Virus record (IMG/VR): IMGVR_UViG_3300023180_006024
DNA length: 64,000 bases
Strand: one strand, 5' to 3'
Source: a virus
The notes beneath the pieces were generated by a model. That model had not been told where the DNA came from, did not search any database, and saw only the letters and a list, made by a program, of their open reading frames with translations. Made by a program: the position numbers and the translations under genes. The stretch's first letter is position 1; each line of letters opens with the position of its first letter. Shown one piece after another: positions 9,747 to 18,751 of this stretch.

Positions 9747-10567
9747 TGTCAATTACAGTAGTATCAACATTTCATAAACCGGTTTTAGATTTATATGGAC
9801 AAAGATTTGTTGACAGTTTTAGCCAAAACATAGATAAAAATATTAAACTACTGTTGTATGCGGAAGATTGTGTTCCTGGGAGTAATGATTCTCGTATTAC
9901 CATATTAGACCAAAAAACTAGTTTACCAAAACTTTTAGCATTTAAACAGCGTTGGAAAGATGTGCCAAAAGCAAACGGCAAATGTCCTCCAGAAATCAAA
10001 GCTCGTCGTCCAAGAGATTGGCACAAAGAGTTTAAATGGGATGCTATAAGATTTGCTAATAAAGTATATGCAGTATTTGATGCTGCCGAACGCTGTGATA
10101 CAGATTGGATTGTGTGGATGGATGCAGATACATTTGTACACTCAGCTTGGTCATATGAAAACTTTAAATATTTCTTACCTGAAAAAACTTGGCTTGCTTA
10201 TATGGGCAGGGGTAAAAAATGGCCAGAATGCGGTTTCTATGGTATCAACTTAAAAACAAAAGTTGGAAAAGAGTTTTTAAAAGAGTTTGAACATGTATAC
10301 GAACATGCTGAATATGGAATATTCAGAATGGAAGAATGGCATGACAGTTATGTTTTTGATGAAGTTTTAAAAAAGATTAAAAACAAATATCCAAATGAAC
10401 TGATTAATAATATAAGTGGAAACTTGATAAACGGCGAAGGACACCCTATCATTAATAGTGATTTAGGAAAATACATTGATCACTTAAAAGGCGATAGAAA
10501 AGAAATAGGCAAGAGTAATAAACCAAAAGATCTTATTGTAAAACGCAAAGAAGCCTATTGGCAATAG
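9746..10567 (+). CDS. GT-A glycosyltransferase
   Basis: VVSTF, RFANKV, WMDAD (DxD), ECGF, WHDS, HLKG; only + strand gene in the glycan cluster. Confidence 0.8.
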   Translation: MSITVVSTFHKPVLDLYGQRFVDSFSQNIDKNIKLLLYAEDCVPGSNDSRITILDQKTSLPKLLAFKQRWKDVPKANGKCPPEIKARRPRDWHKEFKWDAIRFANKVYAVFDAAERCDTDWIVWMDADTFVHSAWSYENFKYFLPEKTWLAYMGRGKKWPECGFYGINLKTKVGKEFLKEFEHVYEHAEYGIFRMEEWHDSYVFDEVLKKIKNKYPNELINNISGNLINGEGHPIINSDLGKYIDHLKGDRKEIGKSNKPKDLIVKRKEAYWQ

Positions 10568-11484
10568 TTTCTCATATGTTTCCAGCAAGAGCCGTTTGCA
10601 AGTTCCTCGAAGTTCCAATGGAACATACTAATACGTTGTAACCAACGTTCTCTATCATACAAGTTTGGATTTTCAATCAATCTAAAATCAGTATTACTTA
10701 CTTCTCTATTTTGGCTGCTTTCAGGATCTGTTACAAACGAATGATAACCTTGTATAATAGGTCCAACTGCTGCGCTGCTATTATGATTTACAACTGCCCA
10801 TGCTTTTGAAAGTTCTTCTTCTAAAGATTTTCCTTGTAAACTTATTTTGACATTAGGTAGATTTTTAAGTCTAGTTTTGTTTACGTTTAGATATATTGGT
10901 GCTTTTTTATCTCCAGGATGTGGTCTAACTAAAATAGGTCTATCGCTGTGTTGTCTAATCTTGCTTATTGTATCTAGTGCCCATTGTTCGACGTCATATC
11001 CTTTCATGCTCCAGCCGCCTTGACGCTGAAGCATTAATATAATCCATTTACCTTGTTGTTTTGTATCTTCTATTTTTATGCCAAGATGCTTGCTTATTTG
11101 TCTCCAACGTTTTGGATTAATATTATCATCGCAGTACAATCCTGTTTGTGGAAATACACCATTAAAACTATACCTTAAATAACCAAAAGGATTTGTTTTA
11201 TCTTTATAGTTAAACAAACTTGCATCTGCACAAGCAACAAATTTTTGTTTTTGTATTTGTGTATCTATTACAGTTTTACGTAATCTTAAATGAGGAGAGC
11301 TAATGTTGTCGTATACCCATCCTTGTATAACTCCTACATCGCAATCTTCTATAGTATTTCCTGTGTGCAGTATGCCTTGATCTCCTGCGGCATTTACTCC
11401 TTGTGCAAACTTAATAAGCAGCTCTGTTTTTTGTTTATTACTATTTCGAGCTGGAACACTATTATAATAACTAACTACTTTCAT
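10555..11484 (-). CDS. KpsC/KpsS-like GT-B glycosyltransferase
   Basis: LMLQR, VRPHPG, NHNSSAAV...IQG; paralogous to 8857..9711. Confidence 0.6.
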   Translation of the reverse strand: MKVVSYYNSVPARNSNKQKTELLIKFAQGVNAAGDQGILHTGNTIEDCDVGVIQGWVYDNISSPHLRLRKTVIDTQIQKQKFVACADASLFNYKDKTNPFGYLRYSFNGVFPQTGLYCDDNINPKRWRQISKHLGIKIEDTKQQGKWIILMLQRQGGWSMKGYDVEQWALDTISKIRQHSDRPILVRPHPGDKKAPIYLNVNKTRLKNLPNVKISLQGKSLEEELSKAWAVVNHNSSAAVGPIIQGYHSFVTDPESSQNREVSNTDFRLIENPNLYDRERWLQRISMFHWNFEELANGSCWKHMRNYCQ

Positions 11485-12283
11485 TTACTATATTCCATGC
11501 ATAACCACTTACCATTTCCGCTGCGGTAAACTGACAATAGGAAAGATGTTTTGCAAATGCTAGTACTTCTCCTTTTGTAGGAATATGTAAACTTCTAACA
11601 TCGGATATATGTGTGTTACATAAAACTGTTGCTGCATTTGGTGCTAATGCAATAGCAGGTTTGCTCATTAATAATGCCTCTGTTGCAGCAATACTATTAA
11701 ATGTTACTAAACAAACAGCATCTTCTAATGCTTGCCATATTGTATCATTATTAACTCTGTCTTCTCTACTAGGTTTTAGCCTTACCTTAATGGGTATATT
11801 TGTATAAGTTTTAATCTGGTCGAGTGTTTCTTCCATCCATTGATTTAAATCTCTACCATAAAACTTCATTACCTTTTCACTAGGAGGACAAACCAATATA
11901 TAACTACCCCCTGTTGGTTTTGTATAACTCCAATTTAGTTTACGTAATCTGTCCATTGATCTATCTTTTATTGGACCTAGATTTTGTAATGCATTTTTTG
12001 TAATGCGATGATATTCTTTTTTCTTGCCAGGTTGAATATAACCTGTATCTATCGCATAAAATGTTCTGCCTATTGACATACATTGTTTTAGAGCTTTTTG
12101 ACTAGTGCCTCCTAAGCCTCTTATAACTAAGTCGTTATCGGTATTTTCTTCGGTTTTCCAATCACTAATGATTCCGCCAGCACCTAAAATAAAATCTCTA
12201 CAATACGGATCGTAAATGTCGCCTTTTTTATCGTAGTTAAAATCACCTGGATCAGGTATAATGCTTGCAACTTTTACACCCAT
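11471..12283 (-). CDS. KpsC/KpsS-like GT-B protein; also the C-terminal part of a putative frameshift fusion
   Basis: IDTGY, TFNSIAATEALLMSKP; own SD GAGGT, but frame is open upstream to the A9 run at 12432-12440. Confidence 0.6.
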   Translation of the reverse strand: MGVKVASIIPDPGDFNYDKKGDIYDPYCRDFILGAGGIISDWKTEENTDNDLVIRGLGGTSQKALKQCMSIGRTFYAIDTGYIQPGKKKEYHRITKNALQNLGPIKDRSMDRLRKLNWSYTKPTGGSYILVCPPSEKVMKFYGRDLNQWMEETLDQIKTYTNIPIKVRLKPSREDRVNNDTIWQALEDAVCLVTFNSIAATEALLMSKPAIALAPNAATVLCNTHISDVRSLHIPTKGEVLAFAKHLSYCQFTAAEMVSGYAWNIVNESS

Positions 12284-12420
12284 GTTTTTTACCTCTATTT
12301 TATCTTCACTTGTAAACCATTTTTCTTGTGGATCAATCTTATCATATAAACTTGCATTTAGATTTGCTTTTATAACATCAGAGTAAGTAGTATTATTAAT
12401 ATACCTAGGACGTTCTTTCT

Positions 12421-13161
12421 CTAGTCTGACCTTTTTTTTTGATCTTCTAGTTCCTTGGTGAGATACAAGCGTTCTGCTTTGTAATACTCATTTGCATATT
12501 CGCAGTCTTGATAATCTTCAAACCAAGGACCACCTTCTGTGTAATGTAGTGCTTTTGGTTTACCATCGTCTGGCTCTTTGTACCAGCCAACTAGCCAGTT
12601 CCACTCGTGACTGATTGCTCCAATCTTGTCATCGTCTAACCAACTAAATCTATGAAACCATGCACCAGTTTTGTGTTCATCATTTACACACTCGGGTGTA
12701 AGAATATTATTGTCAGGATGGCCTGCGTTAAACAAAACTGCACTACTCCAGTTTTTTCTTGGATAAATGTGCTGATCTTTTCCATCCATCTTTGTGCCAG
12801 CTTTTGGAGTGTAATCGTGTTGCGCACACATGACTGCAAACTTGTCATTTGTTTTGGCAAACAACTTTGCAACATCATCTAGGAAAATAAAATCACAATC
12901 GATAAACAAAGCCCATCCCTCAAAGTTTGCAAGTCTAGGAACTAAGAATCTTGTAAAAGTAAATTCTGTGCTTGCAAGTGTATCTACTGCACGAGTATAC
13001 ATTCCATCTCTGCGTAAGTTATGTTGTTTTAATGGTATTACTTTTACAGGCACAGATGCATGTTTCAAAATACTTGCTTTACATGCTTGAAATGCAATAT
13101 CTTCTCTACTGTCCCATCCAACATATATTCTAAGTGGTTCAATCTCTTCGCTCAATATCAT
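12421..13161 (-). CDS. GT-A (GT8-like) glycosyltransferase
   Basis: YVGWDSRE, STEFTFTRF, FIDCD (DxD), YPRKNWSS, WNWLVG, HYTEGGPW. Confidence 0.85.
   Translation of the reverse strand: MILSEEIEPLRIYVGWDSREDIAFQACKASILKHASVPVKVIPLKQHNLRRDGMYTRAVDTLASTEFTFTRFLVPRLANFEGWALFIDCDFIFLDDVAKLFAKTNDKFAVMCAQHDYTPKAGTKMDGKDQHIYPRKNWSSAVLFNAGHPDNNILTPECVNDEHKTGAWFHRFSWLDDDKIGAISHEWNWLVGWYKEPDDGKPKALHYTEGGPWFEDYQDCEYANEYYKAERLYLTKELEDQKKRSD
12431..12441 (-). other. Putative -1 frameshift / transcriptional slippage site C-A9-G
   Basis: CAA AAA AAA AGG; the -1 frame reads 50 sense codons into ATG 12283. Confidence 0.6.
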
Positions 13162-13903
13162 TCTCCGTTAGTTCTTTTCCCATCCAAACTTCAACTACTT
13201 TAGCATCTTTGTTGTCAATGTTAACTGCCTTGTGCCACCAGCCAACAGGAATATCAATACTGTCTCCTGGTGTTAGTAGTGTGCTAGTTCTTCTGCCTAT
13301 TTTATCTTCAAGGAACATATTTATAACACCGTCAACTACATGCCAATGTTCACTGCGTTTGAAGTGGCGCTGATCGCTTAGTGCCTTTCCTTGATAAAAT
13401 GTAAGTTCTTTAACCTGCCATTCGCCGTTGCGATCTAATATTTTATATTCGCCCCAAGCACGTTTGGTTACAGGCTTTTCCCAGTTTTTTAATATCCAAC
13501 TCGAACTGTTCTTTTTATCTTCTCCGCCAACACCAAATACAAAATCTACGTCTTTGTGATCGCCATATATTTTTTGTTCAGGTATTTCTCCGTCAACTCT
13601 ATCTCCACCGTTAGCGACAATCAACTTACCCCTGTTTGTAGCCAGCAAATAGCCAATGGCTTGTGTTGTACCTCCGGTATCATCGTCTTTAACAAGTATA
13701 ACCTCGTCTACCATATCTAGATGCTTAACGATATTTGCTCTTTCAACAAGTGGCATAAATGGCTTGCCTTTTTTATTAACAAGCCATTCGTCACTGTTGA
13801 GTCCAACAACCAGTTTATCTCCTAGTTGCTTTGCTGCTTTGAAATATTCAATATGTCCGCTATGTAGTGGATCAAATCCGCCTGTAACTAATACTGTGGT
13901 CAT
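13139..13903 (-). CDS. Cytidylyltransferase (HIGH) fused to a mannose-6-phosphate isomerase-type cupin
   Basis: GGFDPLHSGH, ANGGDR, KKNSSS; then RAWG, LSDQRHFKRSEHW, WH; start re-called at ATG 13903. Confidence 0.85.
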   Translation of the reverse strand: MTTVLVTGGFDPLHSGHIEYFKAAKQLGDKLVVGLNSDEWLVNKKGKPFMPLVERANIVKHLDMVDEVILVKDDDTGGTTQAIGYLLATNRGKLIVANGGDRVDGEIPEQKIYGDHKDVDFVFGVGGEDKKNSSSWILKNWEKPVTKRAWGEYKILDRNGEWQVKELTFYQGKALSDQRHFKRSEHWHVVDGVINMFLEDKIGRRTSTLLTPGDSIDIPVGWWHKAVNIDNKDAKVVEVWMGKELTENDIERRD

Positions 13904-13907
13904 ACGG

Positions 13908-13913
13908 TATTTA
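13908..13913 (-). promoter_or_regulatory. Late-type promoter TAAATA, 4 nt before ATG
   Basis: TAAATA-CCGT-ATG, no SD. Confidence 0.6.
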
Positions 13914-14537
13914 CTACTTCCAACCGAATATGTAATCTTTTCTGACATTACCTAAGGACACTGCACCTAGTTCTCGCAAATAGTCTGCTGCTTGATATTT
14001 TGATTCAGGATGCTGTTCTACTATAACAATAGGTTTGTATTTTAGTATTGTATCTTTACCGCCTTTGACTACTTCTAGTTCGTGACCTTCACAGTCAATT
14101 TTTAACATTCCAAACTTAGGTAAATCTAAACTATCTAATGTCTTAATATCAATAGTGCCTTGTCCTACTTTGCTTACAAAACTACCGCCTGTGTTTTCAC
14201 TATCATAGGTCATAGTAACTTTGCTATTGGTAGATCCAAGTGCAAACTTATTAATCTCTACAGGTAAATCTTTACAGTTCATTTCTAAACAACTATAAAC
14301 TTGTTCAAGTGGTTCAAATGCAATAACTCGATTAAACTTTTCTACTAAATGTTTAGACCATAATCCAACGTTTGCACCCACATCAACTGCAATATCAAAG
14401 TCTTTTACATATTTGTATGCTTCTGCTCTAGTATCGTCTTGGTATTGTGGAGGCCCACCTTTTTTTATTCTTTTTGCTATAAGACGTTCAAAATGCTCAT
14501 CGGTATCGGGCATCCAATATTCAAAAACTTTTTTCAT
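13914..14537 (-). CDS. FkbM-family methyltransferase
   Basis: DVGANVG, AFEP, LKIDCEGHE. Confidence 0.88.
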   Translation of the reverse strand: MKKVFEYWMPDTDEHFERLIAKRIKKGGPPQYQDDTRAEAYKYVKDFDIAVDVGANVGLWSKHLVEKFNRVIAFEPLEQVYSCLEMNCKDLPVEINKFALGSTNSKVTMTYDSENTGGSFVSKVGQGTIDIKTLDSLDLPKFGMLKIDCEGHELEVVKGGKDTILKYKPIVIVEQHPESKYQAADYLRELGAVSLGNVRKDYIFGWK

Positions 14538-15088
14538 GATTTTTCCAATACAACAATATATTTTACAACATGTCTTGGAGGTCCTTTTTTAACTTTGGCA
14601 TATCTTTCAGTTATTTCTTCATGAATAATATTCCATCCATTTAATGATTCTATTTTTTTCTTCCACCATTTAGGATTTTCAATAATTAAATGGGCATTAC
14701 GACCGTCACTTAATGCTTTCTTTGCAGGATGACATGCTATTAAATGATATTGATATCTTGTAGATCTAGCACACAAATCATTAAGTGTTTCATCAATCAA
14801 ATCAGGCTCAACATGTTCTAAAACATCACTGCTATAAGTTAACTCAACTTCCTTAGGTAAAGGATTAGGAAATGTAGCAGGATCGAATGTATGTAAATCT
14901 ATTTCAGGATATGTTTGAGATATAGTAGCACTGGTATGTCCTTTACCTGCGCCAAAATCTAAAAAACTTTTTATATTATTTTCTTTAATAATCTTATGAA
15001 CTATTTCGGGAATATTTCTATTTAACCCAAATGTTTTTTTATTGTGTAGAGTTTTTAACTCTTCTAAATACTCTTTTGAATATGACAT
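14534..15088 (-). CDS. Class I SAM-dependent methyltransferase
   Basis: LDFGAGKG, SDVLEHVEP. Confidence 0.85.
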   Translation of the reverse strand: MSYSKEYLEELKTLHNKKTFGLNRNIPEIVHKIIKENNIKSFLDFGAGKGHTSATISQTYPEIDLHTFDPATFPNPLPKEVELTYSSDVLEHVEPDLIDETLNDLCARSTRYQYHLIACHPAKKALSDGRNAHLIIENPKWWKKKIESLNGWNIIHEEITERYAKVKKGPPRHVVKYIVVLEKS

Positions 15089-15096
15089 TTAACTTC

Positions 15097-15552
15097 CTAA
15101 AGTGTTGCATCTTCCATGCCTGCTACTCTTAACTTTACTATATTAGTTATCTGCCATTGCTTTTGATCTAGAGCTTTTAGAACACCTAACCATTTATTAC
15201 GCATTAATGCAAACTCGTTTATAATTTTTTCATAGTCGCAAACATCTTTTTCTCCATCGACATATTTTTCTACATCGCGACTGCTTAATGCACGTTGATA
15301 GTTTTCAAGATATTTTTTAAAATATGAGCTGCGTAGTTTTCGCAGCTCAATATTCATATATTCAAGGATTGCTTCTATCTCTTGAAGCTGATTAAAACGA
15401 TGTTCAACAATACCTGGCATTTCAGATGCTGCTTTTTCAACATTGCCTTTTAACTTTACCTCAGTTTTTGCTGTTGCTAGTTCAGTTTCAAAATGTTGTA
15501 TTGCTGCAGGTATTAAACTAATATCTCTGCTAACACGGCTATACCAACCCAT
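15097..15552 (-). CDS. uvsY: UvsY recombination mediator
   Basis: Helical 151 aa, RDVEKYVDGE...QWQITNIVKLR; located two genes downstream of uvsX. Confidence 0.8.
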   Translation of the reverse strand: MGWYSRVSRDISLIPAAIQHFETELATAKTEVKLKGNVEKAASEMPGIVEHRFNQLQEIEAILEYMNIELRKLRSSYFKKYLENYQRALSSRDVEKYVDGEKDVCDYEKIINEFALMRNKWLGVLKALDQKQWQITNIVKLRVAGMEDATL

Positions 15553-15553
15553 A

Positions 15554-15775
15554 TTAATCCCAGTCGTCTTCGTCGTAATCGTCGTCTACATCTAAGTAAT
15601 ATTGAATAGCATTATCTAAATCTTTATCATTACCTAGCGATTCTTTTAGTACGATATCATCAACTCCATAGTCTGCAAGTAGATCAACAAACTTTTCTGC
15701 TGTTATTTCTACTTGTTTTTTATCTAAGTTTGGCTTAAACAAGTTCCAGATATCAACAATCTGTTCTTCATTCAT
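15554..15775 (-). CDS. Small acidic hypothetical protein
   Basis: GAGGAG SD; lies between uvsX and uvsY. Confidence 0.7.
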   Translation of the reverse strand: MNEEQIVDIWNLFKPNLDKKQVEITAEKFVDLLADYGVDDIVLKESLGNDKDLDNAIQYYLDVDDDYDEDDWD

Positions 15776-16859
15776 TCTCGGCTAACTCCTCGTTATGATC
15801 AATCACTGCTTCTTCGTCAGCGTTAGCGATATTTACCATTTGTTCTTCTTTTGCCGGTAAATCGGCCATGATCATTTCGAGTTTGTCACCTGTCCAATTC
15901 TTACGATATTCTAGTGTTTCAACACCTGTACTATCAATGTATTTGTAACGATTACCTTGTTTCTCAAGTAAGCCTTTTGCTTCAAGCAAATCAAACATAC
16001 CTGAATATGGATCCATACCTGTTTCGTATGGAATCTTAACTTGTACACCTTCAAACGGTTTTGCGTAACGTGTTTTCATAACTTTACACGCTGCACGAAT
16101 ACCATTTACTGTGCTGGTTTTGTTACCATCTGCATCCTCTTTTAGTTTTAGTTTTTTCATTGCTACAACCATTGAGCTTGCATAGATAAAACCGCTACCG
16201 CCTGAGATCTTATCATCTGGATCAAACATATCTTGACTTGCGTATGTGTGGTTAGTAACAACCATACCTACGTTATATGAACCAAACATATTAACACAGT
16301 TAGTAACCAATGCTTTTAGTGCTTTGGCCTTACGACCCATATCACCTTTCATATCACCTGCTTCAAACTGATTAACTTCAGTTGGTGACATAAGCATACC
16401 CAAACTATCAACTACAAACAATACTTTAGGACGATCTGCTTCGTCCATTGCACGATAGTCATCCATAAATGTTGAAATAGTTTTGGCAACGTCATCAATC
16501 ATTGCCATATTGAGTTTTAGGATTTTGTCTTCTGTTGTTTCTACACCTAAGGCGTGTAGCCACTTTTCATCAAGAGCATTTTCACTGTCAATCAGTACAA
16601 CAAAAATACCTTGTTCTTGTGCTGACTTGACAATATTACCAGACACAATATACGATTTACCTGCACCACTTTCGCCTGCAAATACGCTTACTTTGCCTAG
16701 TGGAATACCTCTACGGAAATCACCACTGAGCAGATAGTTAAGTGCAAAGTTGCCTGTGCTGATCCAATCTTGTGGATCATTAAAGCCTGCACTCATACCT
16801 TTAATAGATTTTGTTAATGAGTTTCGAAACTTGGAAGGATCGAATGCTTTTGTAGCCAT
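15768..16859 (-). CDS. uvsX: UvsX RecA-like recombinase
   Basis: ISTG, GESGAGKS Walker A, IDSENA, VVDSLG, SGGSG. Confidence 0.93.
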   Translation of the reverse strand: MATKAFDPSKFRNSLTKSIKGMSAGFNDPQDWISTGNFALNYLLSGDFRRGIPLGKVSVFAGESGAGKSYIVSGNIVKSAQEQGIFVVLIDSENALDEKWLHALGVETTEDKILKLNMAMIDDVAKTISTFMDDYRAMDEADRPKVLFVVDSLGMLMSPTEVNQFEAGDMKGDMGRKAKALKALVTNCVNMFGSYNVGMVVTNHTYASQDMFDPDDKISGGSGFIYASSMVVAMKKLKLKEDADGNKTSTVNGIRAACKVMKTRYAKPFEGVQVKIPYETGMDPYSGMFDLLEAKGLLEKQGNRYKYIDSTGVETLEYRKNWTGDKLEMIMADLPAKEEQMVNIANADEEAVIDHNEELAENE

Positions 16860-16886
16860 ACGTATCTCCTATTCTAAAAAGCAAAG

Positions 16887-16906
16887 GAAAGGGCCGAAGC
16901 CCTTTC
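16887..16906 (-). terminator. Stem-loop with C(UUCG)G tetraloop between gp32 and uvsX
   Basis: GAAAGGGC-TTCG-GCCCTTTC followed by CTTTGCTTTTT. Confidence 0.75.
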
Positions 16907-16908
16907 TA

Positions 16909-17916
16909 TTATTGGTTCTGACGTGCTCTGATCATTGCAAGAATGTCTTGTGCGCCACCTGCATCACCTGCTGGTTCTGCCGCTGCTTCTGGTGCAGGTG
17001 CAGGCTCTGGTGTTGCTGCTGGTGCTGGATCTTGCCAACCAGTATCATTTACAGTTTCTTGTACTGGTGCTGCTGGTTGTGGAGCAGGTGTTGGTGCAGG
17101 TGTTGTGTTTGGATCACCTGTACGTGCTGCCATACCTGCTGGACGGAAGTATTGACTCCAACGATCTGGATCATATGCTTCGCCATCTACACTTGCTTCA
17201 AACATTTCAGTAAGAACTTTAAGTTCTACTTCGCCTGGCTTTTTAGGAAGGAAGTCGTTGAGATTAAACAATCCATGATTGTTAATCGCAGCCATTTCTG
17301 CATCACCTAGTGGACGCTCTCTACGTGCCCAATTACTTGCGCCGTAGTCTGCATAGCCACCTTTTGTACCCTTTGACAAACGGAAGTCTACACCAGCAGT
17401 GTAATCTGTTGGTAGTTCTTCCATATCTGGGTCCATTAGTGCTGCTTTGATTAGTTGGAAGATTTGTGGACCAATAATGAATCTACGAATAGGATTCTCT
17501 GGTTGCGCATCTTCTTTCAATGGATCATCTACAACAAAACCTTGGAAGATATATGAACGCTTCTTCCAATACTTACGACCCATATCCTCAAGACTTGGAT
17601 CTTTGAACCAACCACGTACCTCTTGTAGGATTGGGCATGATTCGCCATACATTTCCATACACGGAACTTGTACTTGTACTGGACGTGAATCAGTTTCACC
17701 TTTTACGCCAGCAAATGGAAGTTTGATCATCAAACGCTCTTTCCAAAAGAAAGTGTTTGAATCGTCGCCATCAGGCAAAAAGCGTAGCGTTGCTTGCTCG
17801 CCTTCTTTCATATTCCAAAATGGGTAAATTGCGTTATCGCCACCGCCGCTAGTGTTGCCGCTTGAACGATTTTCTTGTTCTTTGAGCTTTGCTCTAATTT
17901 CTGCTAATGATGCCAT
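16909..17916 (-). CDS. gp32: gp32-like single-stranded DNA-binding protein
   Basis: LRFLPD, C-x7-CPI, YWKKRSY, Y..SNW; directly upstream of uvsX. Confidence 0.88.
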   Translation of the reverse strand: MASLAEIRAKLKEQENRSSGNTSGGGDNAIYPFWNMKEGEQATLRFLPDGDDSNTFFWKERLMIKLPFAGVKGETDSRPVQVQVPCMEMYGESCPILQEVRGWFKDPSLEDMGRKYWKKRSYIFQGFVVDDPLKEDAQPENPIRRFIIGPQIFQLIKAALMDPDMEELPTDYTAGVDFRLSKGTKGGYADYGASNWARRERPLGDAEMAAINNHGLFNLNDFLPKKPGEVELKVLTEMFEASVDGEAYDPDRWSQYFRPAGMAARTGDPNTTPAPTPAPQPAAPVQETVNDTGWQDPAPAATPEPAPAPEAAAEPAGDAGGAQDILAMIRARQNQ

Positions 17917-17975
17917 AGTTATGCCTCCTTGTTTTGCCTATGTTCTATGTGCCTAATATGTGTAGCACAAGTCTT

Positions 17976-18004
17976 ATACTACACAAATGTATTTATCTTG
18001 TCAA
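17976..18004 (-). promoter_or_regulatory. Nested promoters for gp32: TTGACA-N17-TAGTAT with late ATAAATA (17996-17990) inside the spacer
   Basis: Read directly from the sequence. Confidence 0.7.
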
Positions 18005-18727
18005 CTAAAAAAATCTCCAATCTTGATCATTTTCGTTAAAAATCAAGAAAGGTTTTTTGTTTATTTTCAATAGTTTACGATTTTTATTGTAAGATATATT
18101 CCATAACTTTTTGTATTCAGATTGCTTAGGTCTATCTGTGACAAAGTTTAGACCAGGAGCTGTATGTGTGATTGTAACTGGTCCAAGTTTATCAAGGTTA
18201 ATCAGTTTTTCCCATTTGTCTTTGGATGTTTTAGAAAAGTAATGCATTTTAGTTAAAGTACAAAAAGTATTAAAAAGTTTCATATCATGCATACATCTGT
18301 TATAATCTATAATAAATGTTAACAAAGTATGATCTGGTTGATAATCTAGCATTGCCATTCTATACAATCCAGGATGCACATCTAACATTGGATGATTAGG
18401 TGCAATAGTTATTGGACAAAAATATTCATCAACTTGATTACTATAAAAATAATATAACTTTGTTAAATGCCACATAGGCTCATCATCATACCAGGCACCG
18501 GATCTATTATCAATGCTCACTTCATAGTAGGTATGATTTTGCATTTTTGATTCTACTTGTGCAACTAGAGCTTGTATTAAATCAAAACGATGTCTTTTTG
18601 GAGTCCAAGGATACGGTATGTTTTCTAAAAAAACGTTTTTTCTTATTTTGAATAATATAAGATCATTACGTTTTAATGCTTGTTTTAACGTATCATATGA
18701 ATAAGGAACTTTAGAACCTGCATACAT
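18005..18727 (-). CDS. Hypothetical protein
   Basis: 240-aa AT-rich ORF; no confident motif. Confidence 0.6.
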   Translation of the reverse strand: MYAGSKVPYSYDTLKQALKRNDLILFKIRKNVFLENIPYPWTPKRHRFDLIQALVAQVESKMQNHTYYEVSIDNRSGAWYDDEPMWHLTKLYYFYSNQVDEYFCPITIAPNHPMLDVHPGLYRMAMLDYQPDHTLLTFIIDYNRCMHDMKLFNTFCTLTKMHYFSKTSKDKWEKLINLDKLGPVTITHTAPGLNFVTDRPKQSEYKKLWNISYNKNRKLLKINKKPFLIFNENDQDWRFF

Positions 18728-18751
18728 TTAATAATGTGGGGCTTACCTATA

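Noticed and set aside
13904-13948. Longer ORF-track starts (13948; likewise 20530, 31124, 41220, 2504)
   Set aside because: These extensions run across promoter or SD elements or the upstream gene; downstream ATGs fit better
46-15088. Bacterial LPS/capsule locus or chimeric assembly
   Set aside because: Genes overlap and interleave with uvsW/uvsY and use the same TAAATA promoters; no Wzx/Wzy/ABC export genes
16750-17310. Cys/Trp-rich + strand ORF (CWCRCRLWCCCWCW) and overlapping ORFs
   Set aside because: Antisense shadow of the Pro/Ala codons in the gp32 linker; no SD or promoter support
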